Source: an uncultured Modestobacter sp. (GTDB lineage: Bacteria > Actinomycetota > Actinomycetes > Mycobacteriales > Geodermatophilaceae). Taken from it: a stretch of 64,000 nt of DNA. The notes below the pieces were generated by a model. It was given only the letters and a program-made list of their open reading frames with translations, made no database searches and was not told the origin of the DNA. The position numbers were made by a program, and so were the translations under genes. Below, one piece after another: positions 30,540 through 43,217 of the stretch; within the stretch, counting starts at the first letter, position 1; each line of letters begins with the position of its first letter. The DNA is taken from assembly GCF_947486615.1 (NCBI RefSeq), contig NZ_CANKUD010000007.1, forward strand, positions 51,769-115,768, read 5' to 3'.

Positions 30540-32045
30540 GTGAGTGAGGAACCGTCCAGCCTGCCCGACGACGAACTCCCGGAGCAGCTGCGGGTCCGGC
30601 GGGCCAAGCTGGACCGGCTGCGCGAGGCCGGCATCGACCCCTACCCGGTGACCGTCGCCCGGACGACGGGCCTGGCGGACGTCCGTGCCGCGCACCCCGA
30701 CCTGGAGCCGGACACGATGACCGGCGACCAGGTCGGCGTGACCGGGCGGGTGATCTTCTCCCGGAACACCGGCAAGCTCTGCTTCGCCACGCTCCGCGAG
30801 GGCGACACCGAGCTGCAGGTCATGCTGTCGATCGACCGGGTCGGCGAGGAAGCGCTCGCGGCCTGGAAGGCCGACGTCGACCTGGGTGACCACGTGCTCG
30901 TCACCGGCGAGGTCGGGACGTCGCGGCGCGGCGAGCTGTCGGTGTTCGCCGACTCGTGGCAGCTGGCGGCCAAGGCGCTGCGGCCGTTGCCGGTGGCGCA
31001 CAAGCCGATGAGCGAGGAGCTGCGGGTCCGCCGCCGCTACGTCGACCTCATCGTGCGCGACGAGGCCCGCCGCACCGTCGCCCAGCGCGCGACCGTGAAC
31101 GCCACGCTGCGGGCCGGGCTGACCCGGCGGCAGTTCCTCGAGGTCGAGACGCCGATGCTGCAGACCGTGCACGGTGGCGCCACCGCCCGGCCGTTCCGCA
31201 CGCACATGAACGCGTTCGACCTCGACCTCTACCTGCGCATCGCCCCCGAGTTGTTCCTCAAGCGCTGCATCGTCGGCGGGCTCGACCGGGTGTTCGAGAT
31301 CAACCGGAACTTCCGCAACGAGGGCGCCGACTCCTCGCACTCGCCGGAGTTCGCGATGCTCGAGTTCTATGCCGCCCACGGCGATTACACCGACGGCGCC
31401 CGCATCACCCGGGAACTCGTCCAGGAATGCTGTGCGGCCCTGTTCGGCGACCACGTGGCGCGACACAACGACGGCACCGAGGTCGACCTCTCCGGGGAAT
31501 GGCCGCAGGTCAAGCTGTACTCGGTGGTCTCGGATGCCGTCGGCGAGGAGGTCACCCCGCAGACCCCGGTCGAGCGGCTGCGTGAGATCGCCGCCCGGCA
31601 CGAGGTGGGCGTCGACCCTGCCTGGTTGCCCGGCAAGGTCGTCGAGGAGCTGTTCGAGGCACTGGTGCAGCACACCCTCCAGGCGCCGACCTTCGTCATC
31701 GACTACCCGATCGACACCTCGCCGCTGACCCGCGCCCACCGCACCGACCCCGGCGTGGCGGAGAAGTGGGACCTCTACATCGGCGGGATCGAGCGCGGCA
31801 CCGGCTACTCGGAGCTGGTCGACCCGGTCGTCCAGCGGGAGCGCCTCACCCAGCAGGCACTGCTGGCCGCGGCCGGTGACGCCGAGGCGATGCAGCTGGA
31901 CGAGGACTTCCTCGAGGCGCTCGAGTACGGGATGCCGCCCACCGCGGGTGTCGGCATGGGGATCGACCGCTTGATGATGACCCTCACCGGACTCGGCATC
32001 AGGGAGACGATCCTGTTCCCCTTGGTGCGCCCACTGCACCAATAG
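30540..32045 (+). CDS. lysS: Lysine--tRNA ligase (class II)
   Basis: OB-fold N-terminus, [31 protein letters not shown]. Confidence 0.97.
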   Translation: MSEEPSSLPDDELPEQLRVRRAKLDRLREAGIDPYPVTVARTTGLADVRAAHPDLEPDTMTGDQVGVTGRVIFSRNTGKLCFATLREGDTELQVMLSIDRVGEEALAAWKADVDLGDHVLVTGEVGTSRRGELSVFADSWQLAAKALRPLPVAHKPMSEELRVRRRYVDLIVRDEARRTVAQRATVNATLRAGLTRRQFLEVETPMLQTVHGGATARPFRTHMNAFDLDLYLRIAPELFLKRCIVGGLDRVFEINRNFRNEGADSSHSPEFAMLEFYAAHGDYTDGARITRELVQECCAALFGDHVARHNDGTEVDLSGEWPQVKLYSVVSDAVGEEVTPQTPVERLREIAARHEVGVDPAWLPGKVVEELFEALVQHTLQAPTFVIDYPIDTSPLTRAHRTDPGVAEKWDLYIGGIERGTGYSELVDPVVQRERLTQQALLAAAGDAEAMQLDEDFLEALEYGMPPTAGVGMGIDRLMMTLTGLGIRETILFPLVRPLHQ

Positions 32046-32187
32046 GTCACCTGTCCGGGTCATTCTCCTGGGGAAATGCAACGGGATTGGCGGAATTGGC
32101 ACCCACTGTGGTGCAATGGCTGGCGTCGAACACGGGGCAGCAATTTCGACGGTCCACATGCCCGTAGCAACAGGAGTGAGCAGACAA

Positions 32188-32541
32188 ATGGCACGCAAGG
32201 TCCAGGTGATCCTGAGCGACGACCTCGACGACAGCATCTCCGCTGACGAGACGGTCACCTTCGCCCTCGACGGGACGACGTACGAGATCGACCTGTCGGA
32301 GAAGAACGCCTCGGAGATGCGTGACGTCTTCGGGAAGTACGTCTCGGCCGCTCGCAAGGTGAGCAGCCGCGGCACCCGCGCCTCCGGTGCCGGCCGTTCC
32401 CGCGCGACCGGCGGCGGTGGCCGGATGGACCGCGAGCAGGCCGGCGCGATCCGCGACTGGGCGCGCAAGAACGGGCACGAGGTCAGCGACCGCGGCCGCA
32501 TCCCGGCCAGCGTCGTCGAGGCCTACGAGGCCGCGCACTGA
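32188..32541 (+). CDS. lsr2: Nucleoid-associated protein Lsr2
   Basis: [37 protein letters not shown]. Confidence 0.97.
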   Translation: MARKVQVILSDDLDDSISADETVTFALDGTTYEIDLSEKNASEMRDVFGKYVSAARKVSSRGTRASGAGRSRATGGGGRMDREQAGAIRDWARKNGHEVSDRGRIPASVVEAYEAAH

Positions 32542-32572
32542 CGAAGAACCCTCCTGTCTGCAGGAGGGGCAT

Positions 32573-32613
32573 CACGACGGCCCGGCACCTCATCGAGGTG
32601 CCGGGCCGTCGTG
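32573..32613 (+). terminator. lsr2 terminator
   Basis: cacgacggcccggcacct / aggtgccgggccgtcgtg perfect inverted repeat. Confidence 0.8.
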
Positions 32614-32638
32614 CGTCCGCTGACGGCGTAACCGCGGC

Positions 32639-32665
32639 GGAACACCACTCCTGGGACGACAGTTG
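32639..32665 (+). promoter_or_regulatory. Putative SigH/SigR (ECF) promoter of clpC1
   Basis: GGAAC-N18-GTTG, matching the actinobacterial SigH/SigR consensus. Confidence 0.65.
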
Positions 32666-32838
32666 TCTCCATCGAGCCCTCCGAGCGGTCCGACGGCCTC
32701 GTCTCGACGCCGATCGGGTGGTGCGAACTACAGTGGAACGACCGGTGCCCCAGCGCGCCGACGTACGTCGGGTGTCCACCGTCCCCTGCTGGGGACACGA
32801 GCACAGCAGGTCCAGCCGGTCAGAGGGAGATACAGCAG

Positions 32839-35382
<2,544 letters not shown>

Positions 35383-35407
35383 CAACACGCCCGTCCTCGG
35401 ACGGGTC

Positions 35408-35455
35408 ATGACGAAGGGCCGTCCTCCGCAGCTGCGGGGGGCGGCCCTTCGTCGT
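35408..35455. terminator. Terminator between convergent clpC and mutY
   Basis: atgacgaagggccgtcctccgca / tgcggggggcggcccttcgtcgt inverted repeat. Confidence 0.8.
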
Positions 35456-35528
35456 GTCAGCCGACGCCAGGAACCCCCGCGCTTTCGCTCGATCAAGCAC
35501 CGCGCTCTCGCGGAGCCGGGTGGGTGGG

Positions 35529-36428
35529 TCAGTGGGGGAGCGTGAACCGGCCGTCGGGGGTCTGCTCGACCAGTCCGTCGACCAGCAGTGAGTCCAGGCA
35601 CCGGGAGCGCTGCGCGGCGTCGTCCCAGGCCGGGGTGAGCGCCTCGGCCGGGACCGGCTCGGGTGCCGCGCGCAGCACGTCCAGCAGCCGCCCGCGGACC
35701 TGCCGGTCGGTGCCGGCGAACTTCTGCACCCGCCGCGCGGGGCCGTCATGGGCGGGGGAGCCGGCCAGCCGCCAGGCGCAGCGCTCGCGCACCGGACAGA
35801 CCCCGCACCGCGGGGTGCCGGCGACGCAGACGAGCGCCCCCAGCTCCATCACCGCGACCGAGAACCGGACGGCGCGGGCGTCGTCGACCGGCGCCAGGGC
35901 GGCGATGTCGGCGAGGTCGGCGGTGCGGGCCGGCGCCGCCTCTGCCCGGCCGTGCACCAGCCGGGCGACGACCCGGCGGACGTTGGTGTCCACCACCGGC
36001 TGGCGGGTGCCGTACCCGAAACAGGCGACCGCCCGGGCGGTGTAGGTGCCGACCCCGGGCAGCGCCTCCAGCTCGGCGACGTCGGCCGGCACGACACCGG
36101 CGTGCCGTTCGCTGATCGCGACGGCGGCCTCCCGCAGCCGCAGGGCACGCCGCGGGTAGCCCAGCTTGCCCCAGGCCCGGATGACGTCGGCCGGGGACGC
36201 GGCGGCCAGGTGGGCAGGGGTCGGCCAGCGTTCCAGCCACGCGCGCCACACCGGCTCGACCCGGGCGACCGGGGTCTGCTGCAGCATCACCTCGCTGACC
36301 AGCACCGCCCACGGGTCGATGCCGGGCGTACGCCAGGGCAGGTCCCGGGCCGCGCCGGCGTACCAGTCGACGACCACCTCACCGACCGGGACGTCCGGGG
36401 CGTCGGCCTCGGGCAGGGGAGTGCTCAC
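35529..36428 (-). CDS. mutY: A/G-specific adenine glycosylase (short actinobacterial form)
   Basis: VSEVMLQQT, LGYPRRA, HhH LPGVGTYTA, VDTNVRRV, 4Fe-4S cysteines C..PRC..CP....C. Confidence 0.93.
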   Translation of the reverse strand: MSTPLPEADAPDVPVGEVVVDWYAGAARDLPWRTPGIDPWAVLVSEVMLQQTPVARVEPVWRAWLERWPTPAHLAAASPADVIRAWGKLGYPRRALRLREAAVAISERHAGVVPADVAELEALPGVGTYTARAVACFGYGTRQPVVDTNVRRVVARLVHGRAEAAPARTADLADIAALAPVDDARAVRFSVAVMELGALVCVAGTPRCGVCPVRERCAWRLAGSPAHDGPARRVQKFAGTDRQVRGRLLDVLRAAPEPVPAEALTPAWDDAAQRSRCLDSLLVDGLVEQTPDGRFTLPH

Positions 36429-36609
36429 AGGGACCCAGTCTGCCCCGGCCCGCGCGGTCGCCGGCGTGGTGGTGGTCGGGTCGTCCCACCACGGTGCGTC
36501 ACCACGCGCCGGGCAGTCGCGGCGGGCGACGGGTGGCCGGAGGACGCACCCCCCGGCGGACGTGGCGTGGCGTGGCGGCGTGCGGTCGGCGGCCGGTTAG
36601 CGTCGCGTC

Positions 36610-37311
36610 GTGCTGCACCCGGTCGGCCCGCTGCCTGCCTCCGTCTACTGGCGGCGGCGTCTGCTGGCTCTCGGCTGTGCGCTGGGCGTCCTCGGCGGTG
36701 GGGGATGGGTGGCCGTGGCCGCCGCGACCGCCGGTGACGAGAGCCCGGCGGACGTCGTGGTGGAGTCCGGGGCAGCGGCTGCCCCGGTCCCCGGCCTGGA
36801 GCAGGTCGTGCCCGCGCTGGCCGCTGTCCAGGTGCCCACGATCCCGCCGACGACCGCGCCGGAGCCGCCTGCCGCAGACCCTCCCGCCGAGGTGGCGGCC
36901 CCGCCGGCGCAGGTGGCCGGCGGACCGTGCGGCGACGAGATGATCGCGGTCGAGGTACGCCCGGACCCGGCCAGCGCACCGGTCGGCAGCAAGCCGACGT
37001 TCGACCTGGTCGTCACGAACACCTCGTCGGTGTCCTGCGTCCGCGACCTGGACAAGGCGCTGCAGGAGATCGTGCTGCTGGACGCGGCGGCGAACCGGGT
37101 GTGGGGCAGCAACGACTGCTTCCCGGAGGCAACGACCGACCAGCGCACGCTGCAGCCGGGGGAGTCCGCGGCCTTCCCGGTGCTGTGGGGCGGGCTGACC
37201 AGCAGCCCGGGCTGTGCCGGTGAGCGGGTGGCCCCGCCGCCCGGCGACTACGTGCTGCGCGGACGGCTCGACACCGACACCAGCTCGGACGCCGCCTTCA
37301 CCCTCACCTGA
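36610..37311 (+). CDS. Conserved actinobacterial membrane protein (Rv3587c-like)
   Basis: PVGPLPASVYWRRR N-terminus, TM helix, Ig-like C-terminal domain with WGSNDC and conserved cysteines; position between mutY and disA. Confidence 0.75.
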   Translation: MLHPVGPLPASVYWRRRLLALGCALGVLGGGGWVAVAAATAGDESPADVVVESGAAAAPVPGLEQVVPALAAVQVPTIPPTTAPEPPAADPPAEVAAPPAQVAGGPCGDEMIAVEVRPDPASAPVGSKPTFDLVVTNTSSVSCVRDLDKALQEIVLLDAAANRVWGSNDCFPEATTDQRTLQPGESAAFPVLWGGLTSSPGCAGERVAPPPGDYVLRGRLDTDTSSDAAFTLT

Positions 37312-37342
37312 GGCGCCGCATAGGCCCCTCGGGAGGGGGAGA

Positions 37343-38425
37343 TCAGGAGTAGCGGTCGAGGATCGAGGTCTCGGCGAGCCGGGACAGGCCCTCGCGGATG
37401 CCTCGGGCCCGGGCCTCGCCCACGCCCTCGACGGCCAGCAGGTCCTCGATGGTGGCGGCCAGCAGCTTCTGCAGCCCACCGAAGTGCCCCACCAGCCGGT
37501 CGATGATGCTGGCCGGCAGCCGGGGCACCCGGGCGAGCAGCCGGTAGCCGCGCGGGCTGACCGGGGAGTCCAGGGCGTCGGGCGAGGTCGGCAGGCCGTA
37601 ACAGCGGGCGACGGCGGAGAGGTCGAGCAGCTCGGTGGCCGACAGCGCCCGCAGGTCGGCGAGCACCTCCTCGCCGGAGCGTTCCCGCCGGCCGCTGGGC
37701 AGGTAGTCGCGGACCAGCAGGCCGCGGTCCTCCTCGACCCCGGCGAGCATCTCGTCCAGCTGCAGGGCCAGCAGGCGGCCGTCGGTGCCCAGCTCGACGA
37801 CGAAGCCCTCGATCTCGTCGGCGATGCGGCGCACCATCTCCAGCCGCTGGCTGACGCTCATCGCGTCGCGCACGGTGACCAGGTCCTCGATCTCCAGCGC
37901 GGAGAGCGTGCTGGCGACCTCATCGAGGCGGAGCTTGTAGCGCTCCAGCGCCGCCAGGGCCTGGTTGGCCCGGGCGAGGATCGTGGTCGGGTGCTCGAGG
38001 GTGTAGCGCCGGCCGGCGACGTACACCGAGATGATGTGCATCGACTGGCTGACCGAGATGACCGGGAACCCGGTCTGCAGCGCCACCCGCTCGGCGGTGC
38101 GGTGCCGGGTGCCGGACTCCTCGGTGGGGATCGTCGGGTCGGGCATCAGGTGCACGCCGGCCCGGACGATCCGGGTGCCGTCGTAGGAGACGATCACCGC
38201 GCCGTCCATCTTGGCCAGCTCGCGGAGCCGGGTGGCCGACAGCGCCACGTCCAGGGCGAACCCACCGGTGCACAGCGACTCGACCACCCGGTCGTAACCG
38301 AGCACGATCAGCGCTCCGGTGCGGCCGGCGAGGATCCGCTCCAGTCCGTCCCGGAGGGCGGTGCCGGGGGCGATCCGACCGAGCAGTTCCCGCAGTGCGG
38401 CCTCAGAGTCCACAGCGGGGGGCAC
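37343..38425 (-). CDS. disA: DNA integrity scanning diadenylate cyclase
   Basis: ELAKMDGAV (DGA), [11 protein letters not shown] (RHR), C-terminal HhH. Confidence 0.96.
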   Translation of the reverse strand: MPPAVDSEAALRELLGRIAPGTALRDGLERILAGRTGALIVLGYDRVVESLCTGGFALDVALSATRLRELAKMDGAVIVSYDGTRIVRAGVHLMPDPTIPTEESGTRHRTAERVALQTGFPVISVSQSMHIISVYVAGRRYTLEHPTTILARANQALAALERYKLRLDEVASTLSALEIEDLVTVRDAMSVSQRLEMVRRIADEIEGFVVELGTDGRLLALQLDEMLAGVEEDRGLLVRDYLPSGRRERSGEEVLADLRALSATELLDLSAVARCYGLPTSPDALDSPVSPRGYRLLARVPRLPASIIDRLVGHFGGLQKLLAATIEDLLAVEGVGEARARGIREGLSRLAETSILDRYS

Positions 38426-38538
38426 GAGCGCTCCTGACGGTCGGTGGTCCGGCCTCCGATTCTACGGGGCGGGGGTGCGGCGCTGACCACCTCGGGTCAT
38501 CCGGAGGGCGGACGGGAGCCGGTGCCGGTCGCACAGCG

Positions 38539-39906
38539 TCACCAGAGCCGGGCGAACGCGGCACCGATGTCGGGCACCTCGATCAGCCGCATGCCCTTCG
38601 GCGCCGGTCCGGAGTCCTCGGGCACCAGTGCGGCGGTGTAGCCCTGCCGGGCGGCCTCGCCCAGCCGGCGGCCGGTGCCGCCGACCCGGCGGATCTCCCC
38701 GGACAACCCGACCTCGCCCAGCGCGATCAGCCCGTGCGGCAGTGGTCGGTCCTTGGACGCCGACGCGATCGCCAGGGCGAGCGCCAGGTCGGCGGCGGGC
38801 TCGACGATCCGCACGCCGCCGACCGAGGCGGTGAAGACGTCCGCGTCGGCGAGGCGGACCCCACCCCGCCGCTCCACCACGGCGTTGATCATGGCGACCC
38901 GCTGCGAGTCCAGCCCGCTGACCGCCCGCCGGGGCGAGCCGCCGCCACCCGCCGTGGCGACCAGCGCCTGCACCTCGGCCAGCAGCGGCCGGCTGCCCTC
39001 CATGGTCACCGTCACGCAGCTGCCGGGCACCGGTGCCGACCGGCGGGACACGAACAGGTGCGAGGGATCGGGCACCCCGACGACGCCGCCGTCCCCGATC
39101 TCGAAGCAGCCGATCTCGTCGGCCGGGCCGAACCGGTTCTTGGTGGCCCGGATCATCCGCAGCGTCGAGTGCCGCTCGCCGTCGAAGGAGATGACCACGT
39201 CCACCAGGTGCTCCAGCGCCCGCGGGCCGGCGATCGCGCCGTCCTTGGTGACGTGGCCGACCAGGATGGTGGTCATCCCGCGCCCCTTGGCGACCGCGGT
39301 GAGCGCGCTGGCCACGGCGCGGACCTGGGTGGCCCCGCCGTCGGTGCCGTCGACCGCGGGGGAGCGGACGGTCTGGACGCTGTCGAGCACCAGCAGGGAG
39401 GGGTTCACGTCGTCCACGTGGGCGAGAACGGCGGACAGCTCGGTCTCCGTGGCGAGGTAGAGGTCGTCGTGCAGGGCACCGATCCGCTCGGCGCGCAGCC
39501 GGACCTGGGCCGCCGACTCCTCACCGGAGACGACGAGGGTCGGGCCGTTGGCCGCGGCGACCCGGTGGGCGACCTCGAGCAGCAGGGTGGACTTGCCGAC
39601 CCCCGGCTCGCCGGCGACCAGGAGGACGGCCCCGGGCACCAGGCCGCCGCCCAGCACCCGGTCGAACTCGGCGATCCCGGTGGGCACGGCGCGGGCCCCG
39701 GCGAGCTCTACCTGGGCGATCGGCCGGGCCTTGGCGCTCACCGGCCCGGCGGAGACGGCACGGAGCGAGGAGGCGACCGCCCCGACCTCCTGGATGCTGC
39801 CCCAGGCCTGGCACTCCGGGCAGCGCCCCACCCACTTGGGCGAGGTGTAGCCGCACTCGGAGCACCGGTGGGCAGGACGGGCGGACTTCACACCGGATGC
39901 TGGCAC
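38539..39906 (-). CDS. radA: DNA repair protein RadA/Sms
   Basis: CSECG..KWVGRCPEC Zn finger, GEPGVGKST, KNRFG, Lon-like C-terminus. Confidence 0.96.
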   Translation of the reverse strand: MPASGVKSARPAHRCSECGYTSPKWVGRCPECQAWGSIQEVGAVASSLRAVSAGPVSAKARPIAQVELAGARAVPTGIAEFDRVLGGGLVPGAVLLVAGEPGVGKSTLLLEVAHRVAAANGPTLVVSGEESAAQVRLRAERIGALHDDLYLATETELSAVLAHVDDVNPSLLVLDSVQTVRSPAVDGTDGGATQVRAVASALTAVAKGRGMTTILVGHVTKDGAIAGPRALEHLVDVVISFDGERHSTLRMIRATKNRFGPADEIGCFEIGDGGVVGVPDPSHLFVSRRSAPVPGSCVTVTMEGSRPLLAEVQALVATAGGGGSPRRAVSGLDSQRVAMINAVVERRGGVRLADADVFTASVGGVRIVEPAADLALALAIASASKDRPLPHGLIALGEVGLSGEIRRVGGTGRRLGEAARQGYTAALVPEDSGPAPKGMRLIEVPDIGAAFARLW

Positions 39907-39912
39907 GCCGCC

Positions 39913-39934
39913 ATGGTGGCGGCGGGGTACGACA
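39913..39934 (-). promoter_or_regulatory. Putative PafBC-type (LexA-independent) DNA-damage promoter of radA, leaderless
   Basis: Minus strand TGTCGT-N10-CACCAT, 6 nt before the GTG; geometry of the TGTCGG-N10-TANNNT motif with mismatches. Confidence 0.45.
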
Positions 39935-39961
39935 GTCCGGGCGGAACGGAGGACGAGCAGG

Positions 39962-40549
39962 TCACTCGGACCCGCCGGCCTCCTCGCCCTCGCCGTGGTG
40001 GAAGTCGAAGCCCTCGCCGCGGGGCAGGTCGCGGGAGGCGATGCCGACGGGCACGGCGACGGTGACCTCGCCGGCCTCCTCGAAGGTGAACGTGACGTCG
40101 ACGTACTGGCCGACGCCGATCTCCTCGGCCAGGCCGACCAGGGTGACCGCGGGGCCCGAGCCGTCGCTGAGGTGCAGCACGCCGTCAGCGGGGACGGTGA
40201 GGCCGAGGTCGTCGCTCGCGGCACCGTCGGCGGCCGCGGCCTCCGCGGAGGGGTCGACGACCTCGACGTCCTCGAACTCCTCGCCGGTGATCGAGACGAG
40301 CGTGTCGTCGCTGGCGGCGGTGCTGGCGACCGCCCCCACCAGCCGGGCGTCGCTGCCGCTGGCGTACTGCCCGCCGGTCGGGTAGGGCAGCTGCAGGTTG
40401 CGCAGGCTCAGCGCGCCGACGTCGGCGCTGTTGCCGACGTTCTGCTCCTGGGTGTTGGTCTGCGCCACCTGGCCTGCGCTGCAGGCGGTGAGCACGACCG
40501 GGGACAGCAGCAGGGCACCCATCGCGGCAGCGCGCAGTGCGCGGTTCAC
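39962..40549 (-). CDS. Lipoprotein, LpqE/PCuAC-like
   Basis: Lipobox LTAC-SAGQ, VTFTFEEAGEVTVAVPV C-terminal strand; upstream of radA. Confidence 0.7.
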   Translation of the reverse strand: MNRALRAAAMGALLLSPVVLTACSAGQVAQTNTQEQNVGNSADVGALSLRNLQLPYPTGGQYASGSDARLVGAVASTAASDDTLVSITGEEFEDVEVVDPSAEAAAADGAASDDLGLTVPADGVLHLSDGSGPAVTLVGLAEEIGVGQYVDVTFTFEEAGEVTVAVPVGIASRDLPRGEGFDFHHGEGEEAGGSE

Positions 40550-40652
40550 AGCGTCGACCTCCAGAAGACGTGATCGACCACCGAGGACGCCGGTGGACGA
40601 GTCGCGCAGAGCGTAACCGTCGGCTGAGGATGTCCGCTGGGAGGTGAGGTCG

Positions 40653-42230
40653 ATGGCGGCACGGCGGTCTGCTCCGGGAGGTGGTCCGGGGCCCGCGGCG
40701 GGGGACCCGGCAGTGGGTGACTTCCCAGCTCACGCGCCCGACACCCGGCGCTGGTGCTTCGCCGACCAGCTCGGTCCGCACTTCCTCGACGCGCCGGGAC
40801 AGCCGGTCCTGCTGGTCGAGTCGCGCGGCGTGTTCCGCCGGCGGCGGTTCCACCGGCAGAAGGCGCACCTGCTGCTGTCGGCGCTGCGGCACCGGGCCGC
40901 CGAGCTCGGCGACCAGGCGGTCTTCCTGCAGACCGACAGCTACGCCGAGGCCCTCGACCGGGTCGGCGAGCCGCTGTCGGTGTGCGCGCCCACGACCTGG
41001 CCGGCCCGGGACTTCGTCCTGCGGCGCCCGGGGGTCACGGTGCTGGAGGCCCGCGGCTTCGTGACCCGGCAGGCGGACTTCCGTCGCTGGGCCGAGGGCC
41101 GGTCCCGGCAGCGGCTGCTGATGGACGACTTCTACCGCGCCGCCCGCCGGGCCCACGACGTCCTGGTGGACGGCGCCGAGCCGGTCGGTGGCACCTGGAA
41201 CCTCGACCACGACAACCGCGAGCCACCGCCGGCCGACGGCCGGGTGCCCGCCCCGCCGCCGGAGTGGCCGGTCGAGGACGAGATCGACGAGCAGGTGCGG
41301 GCCGACCTGGACGCCTGGGAGGCCGCCGGGGACGTCGCCTTCGTCGGTGAGGACGGTCCCCGGCTCTTCCCGGTCACCCACGCCGAGACGGTGCAGCGCC
41401 TGGAGGACTTCCTGGCGCACCGGCTGCGGGCCTTCGGGCCGCACGAGGACGCCATGCTCGCCGGTGACCCGTGGCTGGCCCACTCGATGCTGTCGGCCTC
41501 GATGAACCTCGGGCTGGTCGACCCCGCCGACGTCGTGGCCCGCACCGAGCAGGCCCACCGCGACTCGGTCGCCGAGGGCGACCCGCTGCCGCTGAACTCG
41601 GTCGAGGGCCTCATCCGCCAGGTGATGGGCTGGCGGGACTGGATCTGGCACCTCTACTGGCACCTGGGCCGGGAGTACCGGCACGGCAACGCGCTGCAGG
41701 CGCACGAGGAGGTGCCCGGCTGGATGGGCGAGCTGGCGGCCGAGGCGGTCGACGCGAACTGCCTGTCCTCGGTGCTCTCCGACGTCCGGGAGCGCGGCTG
41801 GGTGCACCACATCCCGCGGTTGATGGTGCTGGGCAACTACGCCCTCCAGCGCGGGATCGAGCCGCTGGCGATGACCGACTGGTTCCACCGCATGTTCGTC
41901 GACGGCTACGACTGGGTGATGGTCGCCAACGTCGTGGGCATGAGCCAGCACGCCGACGGCGGGGTGCTGGCGACCAAGCCCTACGCCGCCGGCGGCGCCT
42001 ACATCGACCGGATGAGCGACTACTGCGGCGGCTGCCGGTACGACCCGAAGAAGCGCGTCGGTGCGGACGCCTGCCCGTTCACGGCGGGCTACTGGTCCTT
42101 CCTCGAACGCAACCGGGAGCGGCTGGCGGGCAACCAGCGGATGCGCCAGCCGTTGGCCGGCCTCGGCCGGCTCACGGACCTCGAGCTGGTCGTGGAGCAG
42201 GAGCAGCTGCGCGGCACGCAGGCCCCCTAG
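40653..42230 (+). CDS. Cryptochrome/photolyase family protein (FeS-BCP, PhrB/CryB-like)
   Basis: FADQL, FHRQKAHL, WNLDHDNR, FGPHEDAM, RQVMGWR, HHIPRLM, KPYAAGG.YIDRMSDYC..C.Y, ACPF; four conserved cysteines. Confidence 0.9.
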   Translation: MAARRSAPGGGPGPAAGDPAVGDFPAHAPDTRRWCFADQLGPHFLDAPGQPVLLVESRGVFRRRRFHRQKAHLLLSALRHRAAELGDQAVFLQTDSYAEALDRVGEPLSVCAPTTWPARDFVLRRPGVTVLEARGFVTRQADFRRWAEGRSRQRLLMDDFYRAARRAHDVLVDGAEPVGGTWNLDHDNREPPPADGRVPAPPPEWPVEDEIDEQVRADLDAWEAAGDVAFVGEDGPRLFPVTHAETVQRLEDFLAHRLRAFGPHEDAMLAGDPWLAHSMLSASMNLGLVDPADVVARTEQAHRDSVAEGDPLPLNSVEGLIRQVMGWRDWIWHLYWHLGREYRHGNALQAHEEVPGWMGELAAEAVDANCLSSVLSDVRERGWVHHIPRLMVLGNYALQRGIEPLAMTDWFHRMFVDGYDWVMVANVVGMSQHADGGVLATKPYAAGGAYIDRMSDYCGGCRYDPKKRVGADACPFTAGYWSFLERNRERLAGNQRMRQPLAGLGRLTDLELVVEQEQLRGTQAP

Positions 42231-43087
42231 GTCAGCGCGGCGCCCCCGGCCAGCAGCAGGACGACGTCCAGCACGGTCAGCAGCATCACCGCGGGGAAGG
42301 CCAGTCGCCGGGCTCGCGGGTCGCCGGCCATCGCCGCGACCACGACGGCCGGGGCGGCGACGATGCAGGCGATCCAGCCCGCGGGGGAGGGGGCACCGGC
42401 CGGGCCGAGGACCAGGAGCAGGGTGGCGGCGCCGAGCAGCAGCGCGCCGGCGACCGCGGAGGGCACGGCACCGACCCGGTGCGGCAGTCCGCGCACGCCG
42501 GTGGCCAGGTCGTCGTCGACGTCCGGGGCGACGTTGGCGACGTGGGCGGCACCGCCGAGGGCGGCGCCGGCGGCGACCAGCCACCAGGGGGCGAGCGGCG
42601 CCCCGGGAGCGGCGGCGACCACGCCGGCGGGCAGTGCGCCGAACCCGGTCAGGTAGGGGAGGGGGGACAGTGCGGTGCGCTTCAGGCCGGCGTCGTAGCC
42701 CAGTCCGCTGGCGACCAGCACGAGCAGCAACAGCCCCGGGACGACGCCCAGGGCCAGCGACGTCAGGACGGCGACGACGACGGCGACCACGGTGGCGTTG
42801 CGCAGCAGGACCGGGCTGACCAGACCGTTGACCACGGGTTTGTCGGTGCGGCCGACGGCCCGGTCGCGGTCGGCGTCCAGCCAGTCGTTGCACCAGCCGA
42901 TCGAGGCCTGACCAGCCAGGACGGCCACCCCGACCAGCGCCGTCCGGCCCGCGGGGACACCGGCCGCGACCGCGAGCAGGACGGCGACCGCCGTCACGGC
43001 CAGCGTGGGCTCGAGGTGGGTCGCGCGGGCCATCGCCGCCGCCCTCGCGAGTGGGCGGGACGGGCCCCCCGTGCCTGTCGACTGCAC
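42227..43087 (-). CDS. UbiA-family prenyltransferase; start uncertain (43087 or 43033)
   Basis: Multiple TM helices, NDWLDADRD and NVAPDVDDD Asp-rich motifs. Confidence 0.8.
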   Translation of the reverse strand: MQSTGTGGPSRPLARAAAMARATHLEPTLAVTAVAVLLAVAAGVPAGRTALVGVAVLAGQASIGWCNDWLDADRDRAVGRTDKPVVNGLVSPVLLRNATVVAVVVAVLTSLALGVVPGLLLLVLVASGLGYDAGLKRTALSPLPYLTGFGALPAGVVAAAPGAPLAPWWLVAAGAALGGAAHVANVAPDVDDDLATGVRGLPHRVGAVPSAVAGALLLGAATLLLVLGPAGAPSPAGWIACIVAAPAVVVAAMAGDPRARRLAFPAVMLLTVLDVVLLLAGGAALT

Positions 43088-43217
43088 ACCGACCACCCCC
43101 CTGTCAACCCCTCGCTGACCTCGGTCAGGCCGCTGACCAGCACTTTTGTCGCGGTCTGCTGAGCCGGACGGCATTCTCCCGTGGTAACCTGGGGTGAGCG
43201 AAAGGGGTCACACACAC

